Positions 1-12,796 of a stretch of 64,000 nucleotides of DNA are shown here, one piece after another (positions within the stretch are counted from its first letter, which is position 1; each line of letters opens with the position of its first letter). Origin of the DNA: Hydrolagus affinis (Eukaryota); assembly GCA_012026655.1 (NCBI GenBank), contig JAAILG010000157.1, positions 1-64,000 of the forward strand, written 5' to 3'. The position numbers and the translations under genes were made by a program. A model generated the notes under the pieces. That model was not told the origin of the DNA. It did no database searches and saw only the letters and a list, made by a program, of their open reading frames with translations.

Positions 1-171
1 GTTTGAAGACTTTCCTCTTCGACCGTGCCTTTTGTTCCACCCCGAATTCTTCAACCTCCCCCGCCCAAACACTCCCCTCCCAGCTCGGGTCACACTCCCC
101 CTGTGCAGCGCCTTGGGACGTCCTCCCGACGTGAAAGGCGCTCTATAAATGTAATTTGTTGTTGTTGTTGT
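1..171 (+). mobile_element. L2 LINE 3' end (ORF2 C-terminus, 3' UTR stem-loop, (TGT)n tail)
   Basis: Encodes LKTFLFDRAF, a typical L2 ORF2 end. It is followed by the stem-loop GCGCCTT-GGG-ACGTC-CTCCC-GACGT-GA-AAGGCGC and TTGTTGTTGTTG. A closely similar copy lies at 60115-60361. Confidence 0.8.
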
Positions 172-553
172 ATGGAAGCTCACAGGGATTTCTCCAGGTA
201 CAGACAGTGTGGAGCTGTGGTCTTGCTTCGGGGTGACCCTATTGACAGTGGAATGCAAGCACATTGTTTGCTTCCTTTCCTGTTAGGCTATCTAGAATAA
301 GGAAAGAGTAGAAAATGATGTTGTTCATAGATATTTAGTTGTACATTTTTTATAGTGGCCTTGTACTTATCTATCATCACAGATCATAGCATCTAAGATG
401 CTTGGTAAATGAATAATGGCGTTTCAGCCATCTACCCCAATTTTATCTCACCTGCTAGATTTTGCATACACTAACCAACTTTCCAGTGGAGTATGGGGTC
501 AGGAGTTCAGATCAAGGCAAGCACATGCAATATGGATTGATCATGTAACCAGT

Positions 554-860
554 GGAGTCTTGTAGCTCAGTGGTTAGAGCACTCGCCTTACAAGCGAGAG
601 AACTGGGTTCAATTCCAGGCAGGGTGAAACCTTGGGCAAGTTTGCTCACTGCACACACGCCTGCTAATAATCCCTCAAAAAAACAATAAATTGTTAATTT
701 CAATCCACGACTGTTTGTCGGACACTGCTGTGCGCAATTGGCTACCGCGTTTTGCCCACATATATACAGTCAATTCACTTTACAGTGTATTCTGTGAAGC
801 ACTTTGAGACATCTAGAAGACATGAAAAGCGCTATATCAAATGCAAGGATTATTATTATA
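554..860 (+). mobile_element. Full-length tRNA-derived SINE, subfamily A (Deu-type 3' core, L2-like tail)
   Basis: The head has A-box TAGCTCAGTGG and B-box GGTTCAATTCC, the core is ...GACACTGCTGTGCGCAATTGGCT, and the tail ends ATCAAATGCAAGGATTATTATT. There are several copies in the window. Confidence 0.9.
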
Positions 861-1147
861 ATAATTACTATTATATAACGTACACGAATGAAACAAGGCT
901 CTGATCTGCTTTCTTGCCTTTATTAAAAGTAGTTAAAGTTATATGCCATAAGCTGGCTCTGAAATGTACTCAAGTTGCAATGTGAATCAGCAAACAGCAA
1001 ATAAATATTTAAGCATGCTGACTTCTTCAACAGATGCTGTTACAGAATCGAACTCGAGCTTCATTTGAAGCACCTGACTTTCTCGGAAGATGATGTTGTT
1101 TCTGCTGCAATGATCAGTTTCTAACTTACTCAACTTTTCTATTTCAG

Positions 1148-1371
1148 GTTCAACCTGGCAACCTGCTCAAATCTTGTTGGACGTGTGGAAACTGGTTTTG
1201 GGGGAACTACTGATGAGCACTATAAGCAGCATTCGTTCCTCCTCCGTGAAAAATTACAAGTGTTGTTCCAGACTGCACTGTTTACCTGTGGATTACAAAT
1301 TGACTCAAGCTCTTTGAAGGCAAGAAGGCGGAGGAGACAAGCATAGACTTTGCTACCAGTCTGCAGTCACC
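1148..1371 (+). other. SEMA4B: 5' UTR portion of first coding exon of SEMA4B
   Basis: Branch-like CTAAC at 1121, a pyrimidine tract and TTTCAG acceptor ending at 1147. This implies a non-coding exon further upstream, probably outside the window. Confidence 0.6.
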
Positions 1372-1480
1372 ATGCACTCACATCTTGCAAAATGTCTATT
1401 GCTGACTTTATATACAGCTGTATTTACTCACGGTGCTTCGACAGAGGATGATATCATTCCAAGGATTGTTTTTCATTACA
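1372..1480 (+). CDS. SEMA4B: Semaphorin-4B coding exon 1 (signal peptide)
   Basis: Start context GTCACCATG. Translates as MHSHLAKCLLLTLYTAVFTHGASTEDDIIPRIVFHY+A, a hydrophobic leader plus the class-4 'PRI' motif. Donor GTAAGT, phase 1, matches the next exon. Not in the ORF track. Confidence 0.88.
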
Positions 1481-2394
1481 GTAAGTGAACACATTTGTAG
1501 TACCTTGTTAAGTGGTAAAGAACATTGTTGAAAGTAATGCACAGATATCTGAGCCAAGCTTTCAGAACCTGACTCAATGGCTCTTTGCAAGTTATCAGAA
1601 GCTTCTTACAATTCTAGGATCTGTTGTCTATTCAGTTGCTTTATTTGCGCCTGGCACTGCTTTTGACAGTGACATGTAATTAAACAATGATGAACAAACT
1701 GAAATGTGTAGCAAGCTACATTTTCCTATGACTGCAAACCTCAATTTAACAAGTACAAATTATTATATGTCCAGAAAATAATTAAATTGTTTGCTCCTTC
1801 CCTCGTATTTAATTACAACTCAGATTATAAACATTTCATGTAAATTCAAAATGAACACTGATTAGCATTGATCATAATTTGTTTGATAGTGTTTGTTACA
1901 ACCTAAAATCAAACAAAGCTCATTACAAATCAGCCTGGAATAACAATAGTAGGTTTTATCTCAGCATTAGAGCTCTTCTGCTGGAAGCAGTGTTTTTCTT
2001 GTTAGACTAGACTCTTTTGTAATGTGCTCAGAGTACAAATTAGCATTAGAAAACAATGATGAACATCTGTGCATGTGACGAATACTTTAAAAATTAGTGA
2101 TTGATGTTTTTTTGCAAGCTATTTTGTTGGAACACTTCTGCATTGTAAATATAGAAGTGTAAATATATTAAGCTTGTTTATAACCATGATTAGCTGCTGC
2201 TAGTCATGGTTATAAACAAGCGTAATTACTAGCTAATGTACAATCCTTTCAGAATGGAGATGGGAGGTTTTTTTGTGAAAGTGAAAGGTCTAGTCAAGTA
2301 ATTGCCTTTGCCCCTCCGCATTGGAATCAACGAGCTGACACTAAACGGAATTTTGTTGCAGTTGATCATTGCTGAGACCTAATCAAATACAAAT

Positions 2395-2453
2395 ACAATA
2401 CATTTGTATAGAGCCTTTCACGTTGGGAGGACGTCACAAGGCGCTGGACAGTC
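2395..2453 (-). mobile_element. Isolated L2 tail (stem-loop only)
   Basis: Reverse complement of the 105-171 tail. Similar stubs lie at 5491-5560, 30716-30780, 33417-33478, 41950-42075 and 56890-56950 (minus), and at 47368-47431, 53665-53732 and 54460-54512 (plus). Confidence 0.75.
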
Positions 2454-5400
2454 AAGGGATTTGGAGCAGTAACTTTCTAAAAAGATCTATAGCAAATGTT
2501 CAGAAGAACCAGAACATAACAATCTCGTGTACCAGTGCAGGTTGAAGCATTGACGTTGTGGTGTGTATCTCTATAGAAAAAAATTTGTTGAGCACTTTTT
2601 CATGAAAATAGTGCGGTTACCATTAGCAAAAAAGGCAGTAATGCGCAAGTTTTCTATTTTGGCTGTCTTTACGAAACCTTTAAGGTTGAAACAGCAACAA
2701 GATACTGCTGTAGTTACTGTGATGGTGCTAACTAATCTTCCCCCTGGCTGAGCTGTGTGTAAGATGATGATGAAGACCCTGGAGTGTTTTTTGCCAACAC
2801 CTGTGGAGGTGATGAATAGTAATCTGATCACATTTGAGTTGTTGAGTAGTACGTAAAGTAGATGGTGTTCAAAGCCTTACCTTGTTTTTTTTCCGATACT
2901 TTGGCACAGAAAGCACACAACACAATGTCATGGCGAGGACCTGAAAGGTTGATCTCCTTGATAACACCCTCTTCTATGGCAGAGTTCTGCGTTGGGTACT
3001 CGGGAATCTACAGAAATTTAAGATGTGCAATTTGGCTGTTACCCGATACATTTCCACTAGCACTTTACTTGCAATGTACAGTTGGCCCTCGCACGAGATA
3101 GTAACTAAAAGTACATTACTGTAAAGGATGAGAATGGGAAAGTAACATACGGAAGCATTTCTAAAACCGGCCATGATTCGGATTTGCCATAAAAGCATCT
3201 CATGACTGTACTTGTCTGCGTCTAATAGTTTCATTAACTGCTATTATTTCTATGTAGAAATTGTACAAAAGAACATTTAAGTGTAGATTTTGGCAGCTCT
3301 GTCAAAATGAAGTGGAAAGTTTCTCATTTTCCGTGCAGTACTAGCGTGGGAATGAATGGGTTTGACGTTAGTGGCTGTGGTGGTCACGGTTGTTGTGGTG
3401 AAGATGGTTAAAAGTTGGAAATTTGCCACAGTGCTAGCATGTCATGGGAGCAGACTTAACAGGCAAGGATATGAGGAAGAAATGCCCTTCTAATAATACA
3501 GACTTACATTAACAAGTGAGCAATGAACGCACAATGGCTTTGGGGGAGACCGTAGATCTTGAAAATATCTAGATGTAAAATTTGTCAGGTTAAATTGACG
3601 TGAGCCCCTATCATCTTATCAAGCAATCTAGTACGTCCTCCCTGGGAAAAAAACCCACACTGACCGGAATCTCAGGTTCTTAATCGTTCCCCTCCACAAA
3701 CAACAGACCAACATTTAATTTTTAATCCTCTCTGCTTGCAGAAGTTACACACTACCCACGCCCCCTTCCAAAGGGTCAGGAATAAATACCATTCGTATGA
3801 CAGTGAGCATGTTCAGGCCACGTTTTCATAAAGGGAATTGGGACCTGATTAAAACTTAGCCAAGTTTACAAAATTCCAAATATGTGGCCTATTCGAGTAA
3901 CATTTGGTTGTAAAGAAATTACCAATCATGCTCCTGGCAATAAAGTAAAAATAAAAGATCAATGCTCTAAGGTACAACTTCCTTAATGTACAACAAGGCA
4001 TCCAGTTGGCCATCAGTATAATGGTGAGCGACTCAGAGTGTGTTCTGATTATTTCAGCATCACAGTAATGGTGGTATTATAGCATTTAAAACAGTTGGGT
4101 CTTTATAGAAAATGCTTGCACATGCAGATTACACCATTTAAACTCTTCAGTGATAATAGATAGGGTAGATCATAAACGATTGTGACAGTCTGCCATACTG
4201 GATAATCCTATGACAGTTGATAACCGTTCAACCTATTCTGAAAATATTATCTTACTTGCTTATCTCTCCATCCTCCACTTCAAACAGCACTAACGCTCCA
4301 ATGCACAAGACAATCAATGAATTTGTTTCTCCCTGCTTGTTTAGTTTGATCTCTAGACTCCTGCTTCACATATGCTGTGATTTATGACTGATCTCTTCCA
4401 AGTTGCTGTCATTGACTAAGACGATATAAGCGATAGCAATAAATGTGATGGGTGCTACTTGAGATCACGCGGAATAGTGGAAACTTCTGAAATGTACTCC
4501 AAAATCTGGAAACTATTTTTCCCACAGTTCTTAATCATGAAACAACTTTGAAATTTAAGAGTGAGTTTTCAACAATTCTGCTCTATCTTAAAACAGAAGA
4601 CTGGGAGCTTTCCAACCAGAGACATATCGATGCCAACTGAGGATCAAAATGCCCACTAGCTGATTCTTTTTATGTTGCAGTGAACTGACATACCTATGTG
4701 TCAGGACCACAAACGACAGTGTTACTGAGATACAGTTTGAGCATTGTGATAAGAAAGATTTGTTTTGCTTCAAGAATTTTCAAGTGATTGCAGCTGAACG
4801 TAATTTTCTGAGTGTATCGATGCGCAAAATGACTTTTCTAAAAAGCTTTCGATGAATTTGTAATTCGATGACACTCGTTTAGCAGGTCAGGTCCTGTAAG
4901 GTTGAAACTGAAATGATGAAGAACCCTGTAGATGGTACGTGGAATTTAAAAGTGTGTGTCTGTTTAGTCTCACCATCAAACAGAATTGTTGGTTGAGAAA
5001 ATCATTATTTGTGGAGTTATTCTTCTTCTTCCGTTTGGTAGGCTTTTAACTTTACAATTTAGACTCTATTCAAGAGCATCGCTTCCATTTTACATATATC
5101 TGATTATTCAAGGCGGGTTGTTTCCTAGGCAACACTAAGCACATAGTAACATGTGGTATTTCAAAGAGATCTTTGGTATAGAAGGAGTTTATCTGTCATG
5201 AATAATTAATCAGACTAAAGGTTAGGAAACCCTCAATCCCATCTCACGTGATAAAAATAATAATAACCCTTGCATTTGATTTTAGCATGCAATTGTATGG
5301 GACCCAGATGCAGATCTTGTGGCCCAACTAGCCAGTGTCAGTGAATATACTCCACTCCCCCATCCCCACTCCCATTCTCCTCTCTTTCCTTTTCCCTTGC

Positions 5401-6794
5401 GTATGCATTCACGTGTGCTCTTTCCCTTCATGTTTAGTCCATTCTGTATTTTGCTATCAGCAAATGCATCATGAAAGAACACAGCAGCAGCAGCAACAAA
5501 CTTACATTTGTAACGCTCCTTGCGTGACGGGAAGACGTCCCAAGACGCTAAACAGTCAGAGTTCAGCACATGAGCTGGGAGCATTGAGCTGAGGGTATGA
5601 TGAAGAGCAGCCATAATCTAATGCCAGGACAATGTCTCAAAGAGCTTCTCAGGATTTACAGTGAAGTTCAGTGACTGTGTGTTTTCTAGGTGAATACAGC
5701 AACCAATTTGTGCGCATTGCAAAGACAGCCTTTAAGTGAATGACCAATTTTATCTGGGGAATTATCATTGGGAGAAACTCCTTTCATTCAACATACATTG
5801 TTAACTATATTGTTAACAATTGTTGCAGTGCTAAGTAATGCGATTTGGATGAGGGGAATGGATTGGGTTTTCCACTGAAAATCATTTCTCTGCTTCAAGT
5901 AAAGAGTGTAGAGATAAAGACAAGGTATGAGAGATTACCATATATTATTGTAGCATTCACACTATTTAAAGCACAGGAACAAACCGTCCAGGCTTTTGTT
6001 GTAAAGAGTGCCCTAGCCAACAAACCCACCCCCCCATCAAAAATAAAACTGGTAATTGGGACCATTGTTGTCCATGTCCACATTGACTGCCACGTTCACC
6101 TACAAAATACAGTCATTGCAATTTACCACATATGCTGTGAAGAGCTCTGAAATGTCATTACATGAAATACACTATAGTAAATGTAAGGATTATTATTAGT
6201 ATAATAATGTAATACAAAAACTGGACAATATACTTGTATTTCAGAATGATGTGAAGTAGAAATTTATCATATACAATCCTTCAGCTCAGAACATTTCCAA
6301 TACTCTGCCTGGGTAGTTCATGGGTCGTGAGACTTTGTTTGCTGTGGTTCACTTCATGTGCATATGATGTTGACCAGAATAACAATTTGATTCCAAAGAC
6401 AAATACAATATACCGCAAACCACAATTTAACTCAACTCAAGTGATGCTTCTGCCAATTTCCCATCTTGAGTATTTATAACCACCGAGACTGCTCATTGGG
6501 AATATAATCATCTGTTTTATTCAGTTGATCCCCTTTGACTGTTTGACTGCCTTTTTATATTTACATGATTAAGGGGTACACGGTCAGATTTATTTTCTCT
6601 TCCAGAAATAATTGCACAACAGATTGCTGAGAACTGTCTGTGACTGTGACTATGTGGGTGTGTGGAACCTTGCAACTCACATGTACACACTCTTAGCATT
6701 TTGGGAACCAGCATTGGGTCACTCAACAGTGTGCTATCCTATTTGGGGGTCAAAATTGTGGAAGAATTGAGTATCTCCTTGTGTCCAACAAGCC

Positions 6795-6960
6795 CCAAAA
6801 TTAAATTGGCTATTTCACTTCATGGTTGTTTGTGAGATGTTGCTATGCGCAAATTGGCAGCCATGTTTGCCTACAATTATGCAGTCACTACACAGTACAA
6901 TCCTGCGAAGACTTTGAGATGAGCTCCTGATGTGAAAGGCATTATGTTGCAAGTTGTTTT
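6795..6960 (+). mobile_element. Old Deu-domain SINE 3' half
   Basis: TTCACTTCATGGTTGTTTGTGAGATGTTGCTATGCGCAAATTGGCAGCC...GTGAAAGGC. Related degenerate copies lie at 5650-5790 (-) and 13765-13945 (+). Confidence 0.65.
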
Positions 6961-7195
6961 TGTTTTAATTGATGTGATAATTATTACATTACAGTTTTAA
7001 CCCGTATATATAAGTTGAGTTCAACATGGAACTTCCAGTACAATAATACATGTGACTTAATGAAAGACTGCACAACTTTCTGTTACTAGAGTGCTTAAGT
7101 GCTTTATATGAAAGTAAAATAGTGGGCTCTTAACGCATCATTGATATTATATGGTGCAAAAAATAACCATAACTGGCTCCTAATAGATATTATTG

Positions 7196-7392
7196 TAATA
7201 ATAATAATCCTTGCATTTGATACAGAGTATTTCATGTCTTCTAGATGTCTCAAAGCACTTTACAGAATATATACTGTAAAGACAATTGACTGTATATTTG
7301 TGGGCAAAACGCTGCAGCCAATTGCGCACAAACAGTCATGGATTGAATGACCAATTTTTTATTGTTTGTTTTTCATGAGGGTTTATTATCAA
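7196..7392 (-). mobile_element. SINE subfamily A, 5'-truncated
   Basis: Reverse complement matches 665-860. Confidence 0.8.
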
Positions 7393-8859
7393 TATTGAAT
7401 CAGTCAAGTTCATAACATTTGTACAAATAAGAATAAAGACTAAAAATTGAGTCTGGAGCAGAGGCAAGCAACTTGGTGAGATTTTAATAAACATTTTACG
7501 TTTGCTGAGTTTACATTTGCTGCTGAGAGGTGGGATCTTACTGGGAGCCTGGATAAGTGAAACAATTTAAGCCACTGGGCATAAGGAAGAGAGCTCATAA
7601 ACTGACAACAATTGACTTATTTTTGTTTTGTTTCTGCTCTCGCTTATTAGCATGAACATTTAATATGAACAAATCCTTAATGTGTTCAAAAGTGGTGTTG
7701 ATACCTAGACAATTGGCTCAGATTCTCATTATTATACATAACGAAAAAGCCCTCTATTGTTTCCAGAAATGGCTCTTTAATCTGGTGAACTCCCAACAGT
7801 AATGGACTCCAATCATTCTTCTGCAGTGTTGTTACCTGATTGCATACAGGGCACAGCATTGCAGCACTTATTAGTGCTTTCTGTGTCTCTGGAGAGGGAT
7901 CATGAGCCTTTCCTTATGAGGCATTGTGTTCAACAATTTGACAAAGAACATGATTTCTGTGATAGGTAGGTTTGAATGACATGTACCCTGGAATAGCTAT
8001 CCCTTTGTTTATGTCATTTAGTTTCCGTTGTTGATGTTTTTCTCCCTCACTGTTCACCATGCAGTTGATGGTAGATTGACCCTTAAATAGCTCATCACTT
8101 TCTAATATTTTGCCCCCAAATTGTCAGAATAAGCACAACTGATACACATTGCCAGCCAATTAGTGTAGCAATGAGGAACAATTTGGAAAATTATTTAATT
8201 GAATATCACACTCACAAGATCACCACAAGATTGATTGGAATTAAGAAGGCCTTTTGGCCTATCTGATCTCAACTCTCCAGGTCACCCACCCTTCTCATCA
8301 TCCAAGGTGTTGAAAAGACCAACCTCTTTATGTATTCCGATTATATTGTTGGAGCATAAAACAAAATAGCAATAGTTTACATTTACATAGCACCCATATA
8401 AAGATAAACACCTCAAAATGCATTGCAAAATATAATTCTTTAGAGATTAAGTGTTGGCTGCTATTATCGGAAATACAGCAGCTAATCTGCATCAACATCA
8501 ACACAAAGAGAATGTGAAAGAAACTCTTGATTACACTGAGGCTGGCTTTGAAATAGATGCAGTTCTCTGCTCATCACATATTTCCACACATTAATATATT
8601 TTATAAAAGTTTGCATTGAAAATGGTTGCAGACAGCTGCTCGACTTCCTGCCATAGGTGTGCAAAAACAAACTAAAAGCTTTTTTCATTGTGTAGATTAA
8701 AATTCTAAATGATTAATCATTCCAGAGAGGAAGGAAACCTAACTAGGCACACTCAGGGTTGTCCAAATGTACTCGCATTGCTCACGGTAAATCCACATGA
8801 GATTATTTTATTTGTTATAGAAAGTGCTAGACAATCCAATGCTTTAATTTTTTTTAACC

Positions 8860-9130
8860 AATTTTCTCCACTTCCCTACTGAAGGGGTGTGACTTATTTT
8901 TTCTCTCTATTGAGGATCTCTTCCTCTAAAACTGTCTGGTACGTATCCCCCCCATCTCCACCCTGCACCATCATATCTATAGTTCATGTCTGAGGTTGAC
9001 ATGAGAGTGTTAGCAGTGTAATTATGCATACGGAGCAGGCATCACAGCTGAGCCCAATCCTTTCCTCTCCAAGACATCCATTCATATGCACTTTCCCGCT
9101 GACTTCTCTAGGTAACACAGGGTGTCAAGG
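8860..9130 (-). mobile_element. Ancient SINE relic (second, unrelated family)
   Basis: GGCATCACAGCTGAGCCCAATCC...GCACTTTCC. Shares short motifs with 12560-12787 (+) and 11090-11230 (-). Family identity is from memory only. Confidence 0.45.
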
Positions 9131-12100
9131 CCCTTAGCCGCTCCCTGGGATTTCAAGCTTCAAAAGTCGCAGCTGTTCTAAAGAGTGTTGCTTAAATGTC
9201 AGCGCATTGACTTGAGTGCCACTCACACAAAGCAACATTATGTATATTAGGGGCTCGAGAACCAGGTAAATGGATCAAGAATAGAATGGGAAACAGTTTG
9301 TTTTATTCAATTCTAATCTTTGGGAATCAATAGGAACTGGTTTTCTATATTGGGATTCTATGGTTGCGTCTGGCATTTTATTTATTTATTTATTTATAGC
9401 CCATTTGATATACAGCTGTATTTTTACCAAATACAAGTATTATTCATGGCAAACCAACCATAGTATGTGTGCTGGGCTTGCAAAAGCTCCTTGATTAAGG
9501 CTGGCATTTGAAAGCATGTACTGTGCTCCATTTAATTTTCAACTTTTTTATTTGAAGAGTGACTCATTGAATATGCTGCAGAGGACAGCTACCCGTTAAA
9601 TGAACCCATTTTCGTCACTGTTAAAGCAATTGCAGAGCTAGTCAAGCTGCTTGCCAGGAAGCTCACCTGTCACATATTCTGTTTAGCCATGGAAAGCTGT
9701 ACCAAACGGACCTTAAAAACTTACTAATAAAAATGCATCTTTCATTGAGTGATGAAATGACAACCGTGAAACCTTTATAGGAAGGAGGCACTAGGTTTTG
9801 CCCTCAAGCTTGAGTGATGTCTCATATTTGTGTTATTTCGGCATTCTCAGTTACAGTCTATGCACTGATAGAAAATCCATACGAGTGTCAAAAATGCTCG
9901 CTGTTCACTGCTGTTCCTCATTAAATTGAGTGATAGAAGGTAATGGACTCTCACTAAAAGATATAGAAGAGTAGCAGGATTGGAGTCAGAGCTTCGTCCC
10001 TGTTTCTATAGATATTTGAGTTTTCAGCAGAGGTGAAATTGTTGGATGTAGATAGAACACTTAAAATTTTATTTTACCCCCAATTCTTTTCTGATGCTCT
10101 TTAAGCATCCAAAGATATGAATGACTGATTTTCAGCCTCTGCTGATGCCTCTAGAAAGTGTGTCCATTCTCTGTAAAGCATGTTGCAATTGCCCAAGAGA
10201 CTTGAGTTTCCAAACTTGAGTGGCTCATGTGGGTGAGTTTGCCAAACCTGGAAACTCACCATGTGGAGTTTGCTTCACCATAGACCTTGCACATTATATT
10301 CCTGGGGCTCTCTACTATAGATTTGTCTGATATCAGATTTACTAAATTGTGACATTAACTATGTGTGTTTAAGAAATACTGGATGACAGTTCTAGAAATA
10401 TCTATATAGGGCATTTCACCAGCCTTTGAACGAACTGAAAGATCATTATTAAAACTATTTGGAGCAATGATATTGGAGGTCAGAGCTATCCCACTTTCTT
10501 CAAGGCTTCACAATCACTCAACAAGCCTCTCAACAACTTAAACGTACCAAATGTGTTTAAGGCTTGCTTTTAAATGGAAAAGGTGCAGTTAGGAATACAC
10601 CCTGTAAATGTACATTCAGTGACATAAGGAGTTTTTCCATTTCTAGAGCTGCTCAAACTCACTGCTATTTTTAATGTTTGAAATTTCTTGCTTGATTCCT
10701 GTTAATGCTTTTTTATCATGATGAAGGACAGCCTTAGCTGTCGTTTGCATATTTTATGATTGGCATGTTCACTAATGAAATTCCTGCAAGGTTGATCATT
10801 AAATGTCTAGGTATCCTCGGTTTTGCTTGCATTTAAATTATACTTTTATTTTTTTCAAAAAGAATCGCTTGTTAAACAGTCTAAATTTCTGACTGACTTT
10901 CATCCAATAGCAGTTGCAGTTTGTAAGACTAGATCCCAGCTCTGTCTTGAAGATGTGATGAGGCGCTATATCAAATCCAAGGAGTATTATTATTATTATT
11001 ACAGCCACACTGGTGCTGTGAAGAAGGTGATTTGTTATTCTCATGTCATCGAGTCATCCCCACACAGAAAGAGAAATTCTCTTCTCTTTCTTTCCTCTGC
11101 TTTTCCCAGTACTGACTCATACTGGAACATAATTATTATTAAAGGTTCGTAGATGCCATCAGCCCTCCTTCATCTTGCCCAAGTGGCTATCCCTCATGCA
11201 TGAAACCAGGCAATGAGGGACTTTTCAACTATAGCAGAGCAAAGCAAAATGCTGTCTTTCTCCAGTATCAATACTGGTCTCTTTTCCAGTCAGGATTCCT
11301 GGTTAGTATTCAAACGCTGAGTCTCTGAATCCAGCCTCATGTTTCCTGTTTCTGGTTCAAGATCACAGAAGATCATTGTAAAGCATGTTCAATGCCACCC
11401 ACACTGAGTTCAGCTAACTCACTGCACAATAAAAGCTTATTTTCGATACTTATAAGCAAACCTCCCCATCATTTGCTCACTGAAAACAGACAATTACAGT
11501 AGTGCAGGATACATTTTGAACCTTTCATGTCGGCTATTAACCTGAGGCTTTGACTGTACAGCTGAAAAATTATAAACATGAAATTAGTTTGCCGAGAAAT
11601 GAGATGCCTGGGATCAAAACTTCTATAAACCTTGTTTGTGAGTGTGTGTATATTCACAGTCAAATAGAGTAAGATCTTGCTGGTAAGACATATGCATATA
11701 CAGTCCTCACTTGGTCATATTACTGAATGGCAACCAGAACCTTGGAGCTTGAATTTAAAAAGTCTGACTGAGACAAAACTATCTCAAACGCTGTCTTATT
11801 TTTAAAAAAAACATTGTTATTATTGTCCTCTTGAAGTGAAAGGTGCTTATATCAAATGTATGGATTATTATTATTTTCAATATTAAGACTAGAATATAAT
11901 CCATTGGTCCTCACAGCTGAGTAAAATTTATTCTCAATATATATTAAAAAAAAGGATTGCTCCTTTAATTGCTTTCCCGTATCCTGTCTGATAGTGGCCT
12001 GAAGGCAGATTGTGGGGCTGATAGTATATGTTAAAGATGCAACAGAGCAGTTGATTTACACTTTCTGTAATATTCAGTCATGAATTACACACCATTGTTT

Positions 12101-12559
12101 TGCATAAGCGACTCTCCTTCAAATAAAGTGAATGACATAATTTTAAGCAGACCTGGACAAGTTTCAGAGTATGAGTAGACTGGTCAAAGGTGAAAGCAGC
12201 ACAGCTCTGTGATCACTCCTGAGCAGAAAATGTCCCTCAGCCTGAGATTTGTCTGATTCAACCTTTTTGATTAATCTTGTTTAGCAAAATTCAATCAAAA
12301 GAACATAATCAGTGAAATCGTTCATTTTCTCATTTGGATTTTTCCTTTCGAATTGACAGTTAAAATTTCTTCTTTGCTGCAGAATTATATATTTTTTAAA
12401 CTTTATGAGGAATAATTTGCAGCATTTTAAGTTCACTTAATTGCAAAGTAAATTGCTCCCAAGTGAAAACCTGCAATGATGTGAATAATAGGTTTGAGTT
12501 CCTCCAACAGTCCAGTTGTTAAAGCCAATGCATTAAGTGAAACTCCCTTACAGTCAGAA

Positions 12560-12787
12560 TGAGCCAGGTTTCAACCTCTAATTGTGCTGGTAGTTTTTCA
12601 GCAGACAGGGCAGTAGGCAATAGTGCCACAAGTAGTCTCATATGCTTCTCTTTAAACTAGGGAGGACCTAACTTGGTATAGCTATCCAGTGACCTCTGTC
12701 GGAAAGTGTTTTTGTGTGTTATCTTCCTCCCACGGTCAAGTAACTCATTACTCGCTCTCTAGGTTCATAGAGGAAGAATGGTGACTT
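12560..12787 (+). mobile_element. Ancient SINE relic (same family as 8860-9130)
   Basis: GGCAGTAGG...GCTATCCAGTGACCTCTGTCGGAAAGTG...GAAGAATGGTGACTT. It ends where the younger SINE at 12797 begins. Confidence 0.45.
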
Positions 12788-12796
12788 AATATCAAT

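Noticed and set aside
554-630. tRNA-like sequence with A and B boxes
   Set aside because: It is the head of a multi-copy SINE and continues into core and tail; no proper acceptor stem. The same applies to the other SINE heads.
10200-10272. Short direct and inverted GAGTTT/AAACTC repeats
   Set aside because: Irregular units with no constant repeat-spacer period; not CRISPR-like, and the context is eukaryotic. Probably a local slippage or decayed repeat.
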